64,000 bases of DNA from Nemertoderma westbladi (taxonomy: Eukaryota; Animalia; Xenacoelomorpha). Positions 15,001-30,000 of this stretch are shown piece after piece (position 1 is the first letter of the stretch; every line of letters begins with the position of its first letter). The stretch is from assembly GCA_032718475.1 (NCBI GenBank), contig JAUCBJ010005423.1, positions 4,165 through 68,164 of the forward strand, in the 5' to 3' direction. The translations under genes and the position numbers were made by a program. The notes beneath the pieces are model-generated. The model was not told the DNA's origin and did no database searches. It saw nothing but the letters and a program-made list of their open reading frames with translations.

Positions 15001-18000
15001 ATAACTTACATCGATATCTGTTAATTAATATTCCTTGTATAACTTACATCGATGTCTGTTAATTAATATTCCTTGTATAACTTACATCGATGTCTGTTAA
15101 TTAATATTCCTTGTATAACTTACATCAATATCTGTTAATTAATATTCCTTGTATAACTTACATCGATGTCTGTTAATTAATATTCCTTGTATAACTTACA
15201 TCGATGTCTGTTAATTAATATTCCTTGTATAACTTACATCGATGTCTGTTAATTAATATTCCTTGTATAACTTACATCAATATCTGTTAATTAATATTCC
15301 TTGTATAACTTACATCGATGTCTGTTAATTAATATTCCTTGTATAACTTACATCGATGTCTGTTAATTAATATTCCTTGTATAACTTACATCAATATCTG
15401 TTAATTAATATTCCTTGTATAACTTACATCAATATCTGTTAATTAATATTCCTTGTATAACTTACATCGATGTCTGTTAATTAATATTCCTTGTATAACT
15501 TACATCAATATCTGTTAATTAATATTCCTTGTATAACTTACATCGATGTCTGTTAATTAATATTCCTTGTATAACTTACATCGATGTCTGTTAATTAATA
15601 TTCCTTGTATAACTTACATCGATGTCTGTTAATTAATATTCCTTGTATAACTTACATCGATGTCTGTTAATTAATATTCCTTGTATAACTTACATCGATG
15701 TCTGTTAATTAATATTCCTTGTATAACTTACATCAATATCTGTTAATTAATATTCCTTGTATAACTTACGTCGATGTCTGTTAATTAATATTCCTTGTAT
15801 AACTTACATCGATGTCTGTTAATTAATATTCCTTGTATAACTTACATCGATGTCTGTTAATTAATATTCCTTGTATAACTTACATCGATGTCTGTTAATT
15901 AATATTCCTTGTATAACTTACATCGATGTCTGTTAATTAATATTCCTTGTATAACTTACATCGATGTCTGTTAATTAATATTCCTTGTATAACTTACATC
16001 GATGTCTGTTAATTAATATTCCTTGTATAACTTACATCGATGTCTGTTAATTAATATTCCTTGTATAACTTACGTCGATGTCTGTTAATTAATATTCCTT
16101 GTATAACTTACATCAATATCTGTTAATTAATATTCCTTGTATAACTTACGTCTGTTAATTAATATTCCTTGTATAACTTACATCGATGTCTGTTAATTAA
16201 TATTCCTTGTATAACTTACATCGATGTCTGTTAATTAATATTCCTTGTATAACTTACATCAATATCTGTTAATTAATATTCCTTGTATAACTTACGTCGA
16301 TGTCTGTTAATTAATATTCCTTGTATAACTTACATCAATATCTGTTAATTAATATTCCTTGTATAACTTACATCTGTTAATTAATATTCCTTGTATAACT
16401 TACATCAATATCTGTTAATTAATATTCCTTGTATAACTTACATCGATGTCTGTTAATTAATATTCCTTGTATAACTTACGTCTGTTAATTAATATTCCTT
16501 GTATAACTTACATCGATGTCTGTTAATTAATATTCCTTGTATAACTTACGTCTGTTAATTAATATTCCTTGTATAACTTACATCAATATCTGTTAATTAA
16601 TATTCCTTGTATAACTTACATCGATGTCTGTTAATTAATATTCCTTGTATAACTTACGTCTGTTAATTAATATTCCTTGTATAACTTACATCGATGTCTG
16701 TTAATTAATATTCCTTGTATAACTTACATCAATATCTGTTAATTAATATTCCTTGTATAACTTACATCTGTTAATTAATATTCCTTGTATAACTTACATC
16801 AATATCTGTTAATTAATATTCCTTGTATAACTTACATCGATGTCTGTTAATTAATATTCCTTGTATAACTTACGTCTGTTAATTAATATTCCTTGTATAA
16901 CTTACGTCAATGTCTGTTAATTAATATTCCTTGTATAACTTACGTCAATGTCTGTTAATTAATATTCCTTGTATAACTTACGTCTGTTAATTAATATTCC
17001 TTGTATAACTTACGTCAATGTCTGTTAATTAATATTCCTTGTATAACTTACGTCTGTTAATTAATATTCCTTGTATAACTTACATCGATGTCTGTTAATT
17101 AATATTCCTTGTATAACTTACATCGATGTCTATTAATTAATATTCCTTGTATAACTTACATCGATATCTGTTAATTAATATTCCTTGTATAACTTACGTC
17201 TGTTAATTAATATTCCTTGTATAACTTACGTCTGTTAATTAATATTCCTTGTATAACTTACGTCAATGTCTGTTAATTAATATTCCTTGTATAACTTACG
17301 TCAATGTCTGTTAATTAATATTCCTTGTATAACTTACGTCTGTTAATTAATATTCCTTGTATAACTTACGTCAATGTCTGTTAATTAATATTCCTTGTAT
17401 AACTTACGTCTGTTAATTAATATTCCTTGTATAACTTACATCGATGTCTGTTAATTAATATTCCTTGTATAACTTACATCGATGTCTATTAATTAATATT
17501 CCTTGTATAACTTACATCGATATCTGTTAATTAATATTCCTTGTATAACTTACGTCTGTTAATTAATATTCCTTGTATAACTTACGTCAATGTCTGTTAA
17601 TTAATATTCCTTGTATAACTTACGTCTGTTAATTAATATTCCTTGTATAACTTACGTCAATGTCTGTTAATTAATATTCCTTGTATAACTTACGTCTGTT
17701 AATTAATATTCCTTGTATAACTTACATCGATGTCTATTAATTAATATTCCTTGTATAACTTACATCGATATCTGTTAATTAATATTCCTTGTATAACTTA
17801 CGTCTGTTAATTAATATTCCTTGTATAACTTACGTCTGTTAATTAATATTCCTTGTATAACTTACGTCAATGTCTGTTAATTAATATTCCTTGTATAACT
17901 TACGTCAATGTCTGTTAATTAATATTCCTTGTATAACTTACGTCTGTTAATTAATATTCCTTGTATAACTTACGTCAATGTCTGTTAATTAATATTCCTT

Positions 18001-21000
18001 GTATAACTTACGTCTGTTAATTAATATTCCTTGTATAACTTACATCGATGTCTGTTAATTAATATTCCTTGTATAACTTACATCGATGTCTATTAATTAA
18101 TATTCCTTGTATAACTTACATCGATATCTGTTAATTAATATTCCTTGTATAACTTACGTCTGTTAATTAATATTCCTTGTATAACTTACGTCAATGTCTG
18201 TTAATTAATATTCCTTGTATAACTTACGTCAATGTCTGTTAATTAATATTCCTTGTATAACTTACGTCTGTTAATTAATATTCCTTGTATAACTTACGTC
18301 AATGTCTGTTAATTAATATTCCTTGTATAACTTACGTCTGTTAATTAATATTCCTTGTATAACTTACATCGATGTCTGTTAATTAATATTCCTTGTATAA
18401 CTTACATCGATGTCTGTTAATTAATATTCCTTGTATAACTTACATCAATATCTGTTAATTAATATTCCTTGTATAACTTACGTCTGTAAATTAATATTCC
18501 TTGTATAACTTACATCGATGTCTGTTAATTAATATTCCTTGTATAACTTACATCGACGTCTGTTAATTAATATTCCTTGTATAACTTACATCAATGTCTG
18601 TTAATTAATATTCCTTGTATAACTTATATCGATGTCTGTTAATTAATATTCCTTGTATAACTTACATCAATGTCTGTTAATTAATATTCCTTGTATAACT
18701 TATATCGATGTCTGTTAATTAATATTCCTTGTATAACTTACATCGATGTCTGTTAATTAATATTCCTTGTATAACTTACATCGATGTCTGTTAATTAATA
18801 TTCCTTGTATAACTTACATCAATATCTGTTAATTAATATTCCTTGTATAACTTACATCAATGTCTGTTAATTAATATTCCTTGTATAACTTATATCGATG
18901 TCTGTTAATTAATATTCCTTGTATAACTTATATCGATGTCTGTTAATTAATATTCCTTGTATAACTTACATCAATGTCTGTTAATTAATATTCCTTGTAT
19001 AACTTACATCGACGTCTGTTAATTAATATTCCTTGTATAACTTACATCAATGTCTGTTAATTAATATTCCTTGTATAACTTATATCGATGTCTGTTAATT
19101 AATATTCCTTGTATAACTTACATCAATGTCTGTTAATTAATATTCCTTGTATAACTTATATCGATGTCTGTTAATTAATATTCCTTGTATAACTTACATC
19201 GATGTCTGTTAATTAATATTCCTTGTATAACTTACATCGATGTCTGTTAATTAATATTCCTTGTATAACTTACATCAATATCTGTTAATTAATATTCCTT
19301 GTATAACTTACATCAATGTCTGTTAATTAATATTCCTTGTATAACTTACATCGATGTCTGTTAATTAATATTCCTTGTATAACTTATATCGATGTCTGTT
19401 AATTAATATTCCTTGTATAACTTACATCAATGTCTGTTAATTAATATTCCTTGTATAACTTATATCGATGTCTGTTAATTAATATTCCTTGTATAACTTA
19501 CATCGATGTCTGTTAATTAATATTCCTTGTATAACTTACATCGATGTCTGTTAATTAATATTCCTTGTATAACTTACGTCTGTTAATTAATATTCCTTGT
19601 ATAACTTACATCGATGTCTGTTAATTAATATTCCTTGTATAACTTACGTCTGTTAATTAATATTCCTTGTATAACTTACATCAATATCTGTTAATTAATA
19701 TTCCTTGTATAACTTACATCAATATCTGTTAATTAATATTCCTTGTATAACTTACGTCTGTAAATTAATATTCCTTGTATAACTTACATCGATGTCTGTT
19801 AATTAATATTCCTTGTATAACTTACGTCTGTTAATTAATATTCCTTGTATAACTTACATCAATATCTGTTAATTAATATTCCTTGTATAACTTACATCGA
19901 TGTCTGTTAATTAATATTCCTTGTATAACTTACGTCTGTTAATTAATATTCCTTGTATAACTTACATCGATGTCTGTTAATTAATATTCCTTGTATAACT
20001 TACGTCTGTTAATTAATATTCCTTGTATAACTTACATCGATGTCTGTTAATTAATATTCCTTGTATAACTTACATCAATATCTGTTAATTAATATTCCTT
20101 GTATAACTTACGTCTGTTAATTAATATTCCTTGTATAACTTACGTCAATGTCTGTTAATTAATATTCCTTGTATAACTTACATCGATGTCTGTTAATTAA
20201 TATTCCTTGTATAACTTACGTCTGTTAATTAATATTCCTTGTATAACTTACATCGATGTCTGTTAATTAATATTCCTTGTATAACTTACGTCTGTTAATT
20301 AATATTCCTTGTATAACTTACGTCAATGTCTGTTAATTAATATTCCTTGTATAACTTACATCGATGTCTGTTAATAAATATTCCTTGTATAACTTACGTC
20401 TGTTAATTAATATTCCTTGTATAACTTACATCAATATCTGTTAATTAATATTCCTTGTATAACTTACATCGATGTCTGTTAATAAATATTCCTTGTATAA
20501 CTTACGTCTGTTAATTAATATTCCTTGTATAACTTACATCAATATCTGTTAATTAATATTCCTTGTATAACTTACATCGATGTCTGTTAATTAATATTCC
20601 TTGTATAACTTACATCGATGTCTGTTAATTAATATTCCTTGTATAACTTACGTCTGTTAATTAATATTCCTTGTATAACTTACGTCAATGTCTGTTAATT
20701 AATATTCCTTGTATAACTTACATCTGTTAATAAATATTCCTTGTATAACTTACATCGATGTCTATTAATTAATATTCCTTGTATAACTTACATCGATGTC
20801 TGTTAATTAATATTCCTTGTATAACTTACATCAATATCTGTTAATTAATATTCCTTGTATAACTTACATCAATATCTGTTAATTAATATTCCTTGTATAA
20901 CTTACGTCTGTTAATTAATATTCCTTGTATAACTTACATCGATGTCTGTTAATTAATATTCCTTGTATAACTTACATCGATGTCTGTTAATTAATATTCC

Positions 21001-24000
21001 TTGTATAACTTACGTCTGTTAATTAATATTCCTTGTATAACTTACGTCAATGTCTGTTAATTAATATTCCTTGTATAACTTACGTCTGTTAATTAATATT
21101 CCTTGTATAACTTACATCGATGTCTGTTAATTAATATTCCTTGTATAACTTACATCAATATCTGTTAATTAATATTCCTTGTATAACTTACGTCTGTTAA
21201 TTAATATTCCTTGTATAACTTACATCGATGTCTGTTAATTAATATTCCTTGTATAACTTACATCAATATCTGTTAATTAATATTCCTTGTATAACTTACG
21301 TCTGTTAATTAATATTCCTTGTATAACTTACATCGATGTCTGTTAATTAATATTCCTTGTATAACTTACATCAATATCTGTTAATTAATATTCCTTGTAT
21401 AACTTACGTCTGTTAATTAATATTCCTTGTATAACTTACATCGATGTCTGTTAATTAATATTCCTTGTATAACTTACGTCTGTTAATTAATATTCCTTGT
21501 ATAACTTACATCGATGTCTGTTAATTAATATTCCTTGTATAACTTACATCAATATCTGTTAATTAATATTCCTTGTATAACTTACGTCTGTTAATTAATA
21601 TTCCTTGTATAACTTACATCGATGTCTGTTAATTAATATTCCTTGTATAACTTACATCAATATCTGTTAATTAATATTCCTTGTATAACTTACGTCTGTT
21701 AATTAATATTCCTTGTATAACTTACATCGATGTCTGTTAATTAATATTCCTTGTATAACTTACATCGATGTCTGTTAATTAATATTCCTTGTATAACTTA
21801 CGTCTGTTAATTAATATTCCTTGTATAACTTACGTCAATGTCTGTTAATTAATATTCCTTGTATAACTTACGTCTGTTAATTAATATTCCTTGTATAACT
21901 TACATCGATGTCTGTTAATTAATATTCCTTGTATAACTTACATCAATATCTGTTAATTAATATTCCTTGTATAACTTACGTCTGTTAATTAATATTCCTT
22001 GTATAACTTACATCGATGTCTGTTAATTAATATTCCTTGTATAACTTACGTCTGTTAATTAATATTCCTTGTATAACTTACGTCTGTTAATTAATATTCC
22101 TTGTATAACTTACATCGATGTCTGTTAATTAATATTCCTTGTATAACTTACGTCTGTTAATTAATATTCCTTGTATAACTTACGTCAATGTCTGTTAATT
22201 AATATTCCTTGTATAACTTACGTCTGTTAATTAATATTCCTTGTATAACTTACATCGATGTCTGTTAATTAATATTCCTTGTATAACTTACATCAATATC
22301 TGTTAATTAATATTCCTTGTATAACTTACGTCTGTTAATTAATATTCCTTGTATAACTTACATCGATGTCTGTTAATTAATATTCCTTGTATAACTTACA
22401 TCAATATCTGTTAATTAATATTCCTTGTATAACTTACATCGATGTCTGTTAATTAATATTCCTTGTATAACTTACATCGATGTCTGTTAATTAATATTCC
22501 TTGTATAACTTACATCGATGTCTGTTAATTAATATTCCTTGTATAACTTACATCGATGTCTGTTAATTAATATTCCTTGTATAACTTACATCGATGTCTG
22601 TTAATTAATATTCCTTGTATAACTTACATCGATGTCTGTTAATTAATATTCCTTGTATAACTTACATCGATGTCTGTTAATTAATATTCCTTGTATAACT
22701 TACGTCGATGTCTGTTAATTAATATTCCTTGTATAACTTACATCGATGTCTGTTAATTAATATTCCTTGTATAACTTACATCGATGTCTGTTAATTAATA
22801 TTCCTTGTATAACTTACGTCTGTTAATTAATATTCCTTGTATAACTTACATCGATGTCTGTTAATTAATATTCCTTGTATAACTTACATCGATGTCTGTT
22901 AATTAATATTCCTTGTATAACTTACGTCTGTTAATTAATATTCCTTGTATAACTTACATCGATGTCTGTTAATTAATATTCCTTGTATAACTTACATCGA
23001 TGTCTGTTAATTAATATTCCTTGTATAACTTACGTCTGTTAATTAATATTCCTTGTATAACTTACATCAATGTCTGTTAATTAATATTCCTTGTATAACT
23101 TACGTCTGTTAATTAATATTCCTTGTATAACTTACATCGATGTCTGTTAATTAATATTCCTTGTATAACTTACATCGATATCTGTTAATTAATATTCCTT
23201 GTATAACTTACGTCTGTTAATTAATATTCCTTGTATAACTTACATCGATGTCTGTTAATTAATATTCCTTGTATAACTTACATCAATATCTGTTAATTAA
23301 TATTCCTTGTATAACTTACATCGATGTCTGTTAATTAATATTCCTTGTATAACTTACATCGATGTCTGTTAATTAATATTCCTTGTATAACTTACGTCTG
23401 TTAATTAATATTCCTTGTATAACTTACATCGATGTCTGTTAATTAATATTCCTTGTATAACTTACGTCTGTTAATTAATATTCCTTGTATAACTTACATC
23501 AATGTCTGTTAATTAATATTCCTTGTATAACTTACATCAATATCTGTTAATTAATATTCCTTGTATAACTTACATCGATGTCTGTTAATTAATATTCCTT
23601 GTATAACTTACGTCTGTTAATTAATATTCCTTGTATAACTTACATCGATGTCTGTTAATTAATATTCCTTGTATAACTTACATCGATGTCTGTTAATTAA
23701 TATTCCTTGTATAACTTACATCGATGTCTGTTAATTAATATTCCTTGTATAACTTACGTCTGTTAATTAATATTCCTTGTATAACTTACATCGATGTCTG
23801 TTAATTAATATTCCTTGTATAACTTACATCGATGTCTGTTAATTAATATTCCTTGTATAACTTACATCGATGTCTGTTAATTAATATTCCTTGTATAACT
23901 TACATCGATGTCTGTTAATTAATATTCCTTGTATAACTTACATCAATATCTGTTAATTAATATTCCTTGTATAACTTACATCGATGTCTGTTAATTAATA

Positions 24001-27000
24001 TTCCTTGTATAACTTACATCGATGTCTGTTAATTAATATTCCTTGTATAACTTACGTCTGTTAATTAATATTCCTTGTATAACTTACATCGATGTCTGTT
24101 AATTAATATTCCTTGTATAACTTACGTCTGTTAATTAATATTCCTTGTATAACTTACATCAATGTCTGTTAATTAATATTCCTTGTATAACTTACATCAA
24201 TGTCTGTTAATTAATATTCCTTGTATAACTTACATCGATGTCTGTTAATTAATATTCCTTGTATAACTTACGTCTGTTAATTAATATTCCTTGTATAACT
24301 TACATCGATGTCTGTTAATTAATATTCCTTGTATAACTTACATCGATGTCTGTTAATTAATATTCCTTGTATAACTTACATCGATGTCTGTTAATTAATA
24401 TTCCTTGTATAACTTACGTCTGTTAATTAATATTCCTTGTATAACTTACATCGATGTCTGTTAATTAATATTCCTTGTATAACTTACATCGATGTCTGTT
24501 AATTAATATTCCTTGTATAACTTACATCGATGTCTGTTAATTAATATTCCTTGTATAACTTACATCGATGTCTGTTAATTAATATTCCTTGTATAACTTA
24601 CATCAATATCTGTTAATTAATATTCCTTGTATAACTTACATCGATGTCTGTTAATTAATATTCCTTGTATAACTTACATCGATGTCTGTTAATTAATATT
24701 CCTTGTATAACTTACGTCTGTTAATTAATATTCCTTGTATAACTTACATCGATGTCTGTTAATTAATATTCCTTGTATAACTTACATCGATGTCTGTTAA
24801 TTAATATTCCTTGTATAACTTACGTCTGTTAATTAATATTCCTTGTATAACTTACATCGATGTCTGTTAATTAATATTCCTTGTATAACTTACATCGATG
24901 TCTGTTAATTAATATTCCTTGTATAACTTACGTCTGTTAATTAATATTCCTTGTATAACTTACATCGATGTCTGTTAATTAATATTCCTTGTATAACTTA
25001 CATCAATATCTGTTAATTAATATTCCTTGTATAACTTACATCGATGTCTGTTAATTAATATTCCTTGTATAACTTACCGTCTGTTAATTAATATTCCTTG
25101 TATAACTTACATCGATGTCTGTTAATTAATATTCCTTGTATAACTTACATCGATGTCTGTTAATTAATATTCCTTGTATAACTTACATCGATGTCTGTTA
25201 ATTAATATTCCTTGTATAACTTACGTCTGTTAATTAATATTCCTTGTATAACTTACATCGATGTCTGTTAATTAATATTCCTTGTATAACTTACATCGAT
25301 GTCTGTTAATTAATATTCCTTGTATAACTTACATCGATGTCTGTTAATTAATATTCCTTGTATAACTTACATCGATGTCTGTTAATTAATATTCCTTGTA
25401 TAACTTACATCGATGTCTGTTAATTAATATTCCTTGTATAACTTACATCGATGTCTGTTAATTAATATTCCTTGTATAACTTACATCGATGTCTGTTAAT
25501 TAATATTCCTTGTATAACTTACATCGATGTCTGTTAATTAATATTCCTTGTATAACTTACATCGATGTCTGTTAATTAATATTCCTTGTATAACTTACAT
25601 CGATGTCTGTTAATTAATATTCCTTGTATAACTTACATCGATGTCTGTTAATTAATATTCCTTGTATAACTTACATCGATGTCTGTTAATTAATATTCCT
25701 TGTATAACTTACATCGATGTCTGTTAATTAATATTCCTTGTATAACTTACATCGATGTCTGTTAATTAATATTCCTTGTATAACTTACATCGATGTCTGT
25801 TAATTAATATTCCTTGTATAACTTACATCGATGTCTGTTAATTAATATTCCTTGTATAACTTACATCGATGTCTGTTAATTAATATTCCTTGTATAACTT
25901 ACATCGATGTCTGTTAATTAATATTCCTTGTATAACTTACATCGATGTCTGTTAATTAATATTCCTTGTATAACTTACATCGATGTCTGTTAATTAATAT
26001 TCCTTGTATAACTTACATCGATGTCTGTTAATTAATATTCCTTGTATAACTTACATCGATGTCTGTTAATTAATATTCCTTGTATAACTTACATCGATGT
26101 CTGTTAATTAATATTCCTTGTATAACTTACATCGATGTCTGTTAATTAATATTCCTTGTATAACTTACATCGATGTCTGTTAATTAATATTCCTTGTATA
26201 ACTTACATCGATGTCTGTTAATTAATATTCCTTGTATAACTTACATCGATGTCTGTTAATTAATATTCCTTGTATAACTTACATCGATGTCTGTTAATTA
26301 ATATTCCTTGTATAACTTACATCGATGTCTGTTAATTAATATTCCTTGTATAACTTACATCGATGTCTGTTAATTAATATTCCTTGTATAACTTACATCG
26401 ATGTCTGTTAATTAATATTCCTTGTATAACTTACATCGATGTCTGTTAATTAATATTCCTTGTATAACTTACATCGATGTCTGTTAATTAATATTCCTTG
26501 TATAACTTACATCGATGTCTGTTAATTAATATTCCTTGTATAACTTACATCGATGTCTGTTAATTAATATTCCTTGTATAACTTACATCGATGTCTGTTA
26601 ATTAATATTCCTTGTATAACTTACATCGATGTCTGTTAATTAATATTCCTTGTATAACTTACATCGATGTCTGTTAATTAATATTCCTTGTATAACTTAC
26701 ATCGATGTCTGTTAATTAATATTCCTTGTATAACTTACATCGATGTCTGTTAATTAATATTCCTTGTATAACTTACATCGATGTCTGTTAATTAATATTC
26801 CTTGTATAACTTACATCGATGTCTGTTAATTAATATTCCTTGTATAACTTACATCGATGTCTGTTAATTAATATTCCTTGTATAACTTACATCGATGTCT
26901 GTTAATTAATATTCCTTGTATAACTTACATCGATTCTGTTAATTAATATTCCTTGTATAACTTACATCGATGTCTGTTAATTAATATTCCTTGTATAACT

Positions 27001-30000
27001 TACATCGATGTCTGTTAATTAATATTCCTTGTATAACTTACATCGATGTCTGTTAATTAATATTCCTTGTATAACTTACATCGATGTCTGTTAATTAATA
27101 TTCCTTGTATAACTTACATCGATGTCTGTTAATTAATATTCCTTGTATAACTTACGTCTGTTAATTAATATTCCTTGTATAACTTACATCGATGTCTGTT
27201 AATTAATATTCCTTGTATAACTTACATCGATGTCTGTTAATTAATATTCCTTGTATAACTTACTCGATGTCTGTTAATTAATATTCCTTGTATAACTTAC
27301 ATCGATGTCTGTTAATTAATATTCCTTGTATAACTTACATCAATATCTGTTAATTAATATTCCTTGTATAACTTACATCGATGTCTGTTAATTAATATTC
27401 CTTGTATAACTTACTCGAGTCTGTTAATTAATATTCCTTGTATAACTTACATCGATGTCTGTTAATTAATATTCCTTGTATAACTTACATCGATGTCTGT
27501 TAATTAATATTCCTTGTATAACTTACATCGATGTCTGTTAATTAATATTCCTTGTATAACTTACGTCTGTTAATTAATATTCCTTGTATAACTTACATCG
27601 ATGTCTGTTAATTAATATTCCTTGTATAACTTACATCGATGTCTGTTAATTAATATTCCTTGTATAACTTACATCGATGTCTGTTAATTAATATTCCTTG
27701 TATAACTTACATCGATGTCTGTTAATTAATATTCCTTGTATAACTTACATCGATGTCTGTTAATTAATATTCCTTGTATAACTTACTCGATGTCTGTTAA
27801 TTAATATTCCTTGTATAACTTACTCGATGTCTGTTAATTAATATTCCTTGTATAACTTACATCGATGTCTGTTAATTAATATTCCTTGTATAACTTACAT
27901 CGATGTCTGTTAATTAATATTCCTTGTATAACTTACATCGATGTCTGTTAATTAATATTCCTTGTATAACTTACATCGATGTCTGTTAATTAATATTCCT
28001 TGTATAACTTACATCGATGTCTGTTAATTAATATTCCTTGTATAACTTACATCGATGTCTGTTAATTAATATTCCTTGTATAACTTACATCGATGTCTGT
28101 TAATTAATATTCCTTGTATAACTTACATCGATGTCTGTTAATTAATATTCCTTGTATAACTTACATCGATGTCTGTTAATTAATATTCCTTGTATAACTT
28201 ACATCGATGTCTGTTAATTAATATTCCTTGTATAACTTACATCGATGTCTGTTAATTAATATTCCTTGTATAACTTACCGTCTGTTAATTAATATTCCTT
28301 GTATAACTTACATCGATGTCTGTTAATTAATATTCCTTGTATAACTTACATCGATGTCTGTTAATTAATATTCCTTGTATAACTTACATCGATGTCTGTT
28401 AATTAATATTCCTTGTATAACTTACATCGATGTCTGTTAATTAATATTCCTTGTATAACTTACATCGATGTCTGTTAATTAATATTCCTTGTATAACTTA
28501 CATCGATGTCTGTTAATTAATATTCCTTGTATAACTTACATCGATGTCTGTTAATTAATATTCCTTGTATAACTTACATCGATGTCTGTTAATTAATATT
28601 CCTTGTATAACTTACATCGATGTCTGTTAATTAATATTCCTTGTATAACTTACATCGATGTCTGTTAATTAATATTCCTTGTATAACTTACATCGATGTC
28701 TGTTAATTAATATTCCTTGTATAACTTCATCGTCTGTTAATTAATATTCCTTGTATAACTTACATCGATGTCTGTTAATTAATATTCCTTGTATAACTTA
28801 CATCGATGTCTGTTAATTAATATTCCTTGTATAACTTACACGTCTGTTAATTAATATTCCTTGTATAACTTACATCGATGTCTGTTAATTAATATTCCTT
28901 GTATAACTTACATCGATGTCTGTTAATTAATATTCCTTGTATAACTTACATCGATGTCTGTTAATTAATATTCCTTGTATAACTTACATCGATGTCTGTT
29001 AATTAATATTCCTTGTATAACTTACATCGATGTCTGTTAATTAATATTCCTTGTATAACTTACATCGATGTCTGTTAATTAATATTCCTTGTATAACTTA
29101 CATCGATGTCTGTTAATTAATATTCCTTGTATAACTTACATCGATGTCTGTTAATTAATATTCCTTGTATAACTTACATCGATGTCTGTTAATTAATATT
29201 CCTTGTATAACTTACATCGATGTCTGTTAATTAATATTCCTTGTATAACTTACATCGATGTCTGTTAATTAATATTCCTTGTATAACTTACATCGATGTC
29301 TGTTAATTAATATTCCTTGTATAACTTACATCGATGTCTGTTAATTAATATTCCTTGTATAACTTACATCGATGTCTGTTAATTAATATTCCTTGTATAA
29401 CTTACATCGATGTCTGTTAATTAATATTCCTTGTATAACTTACATCGATGTCTGTTAATTAATATTCCTTGTATAACTTACATCGATGTCTGTTAATTAA
29501 TATTCCTTGTATAACTTACGTCTGTTAATTAATATTCCTTGTATAACTTACATCGATGTCTGTTAATTAATATTCCTTGTATAACTTACATCGATGTCTG
29601 TTAATTAATATTCCTTGTATAACTTACATCGATGTCTGTTAATTAATATTCCTTGTATAACTTACATCGATGTCTGTTAATTAATATTCCTTGTATAACT
29701 TACATCGATGTCTGTTAATTAATATTCCTTGTATAACTTACATCGATGTCTGTTAATTAATATTCCTTGTATAACTTACATCGATGTCTGTTAATTAATA
29801 TTCCTTGTATAACTTACATCGATGTCTGTTAATTAATATTCCTTGTATAACTTACATCGATGTCTGTTAATTAATATTCCTTGTATAACTTACATCGATG
29901 TCTGTTAATTAATATTCCTTGTATAACTTACGTCTGTTAATTAATATTCCTTGTATAACTTACATCGATGTCTGTTAATTAATATTCCTTGTATAACTTA

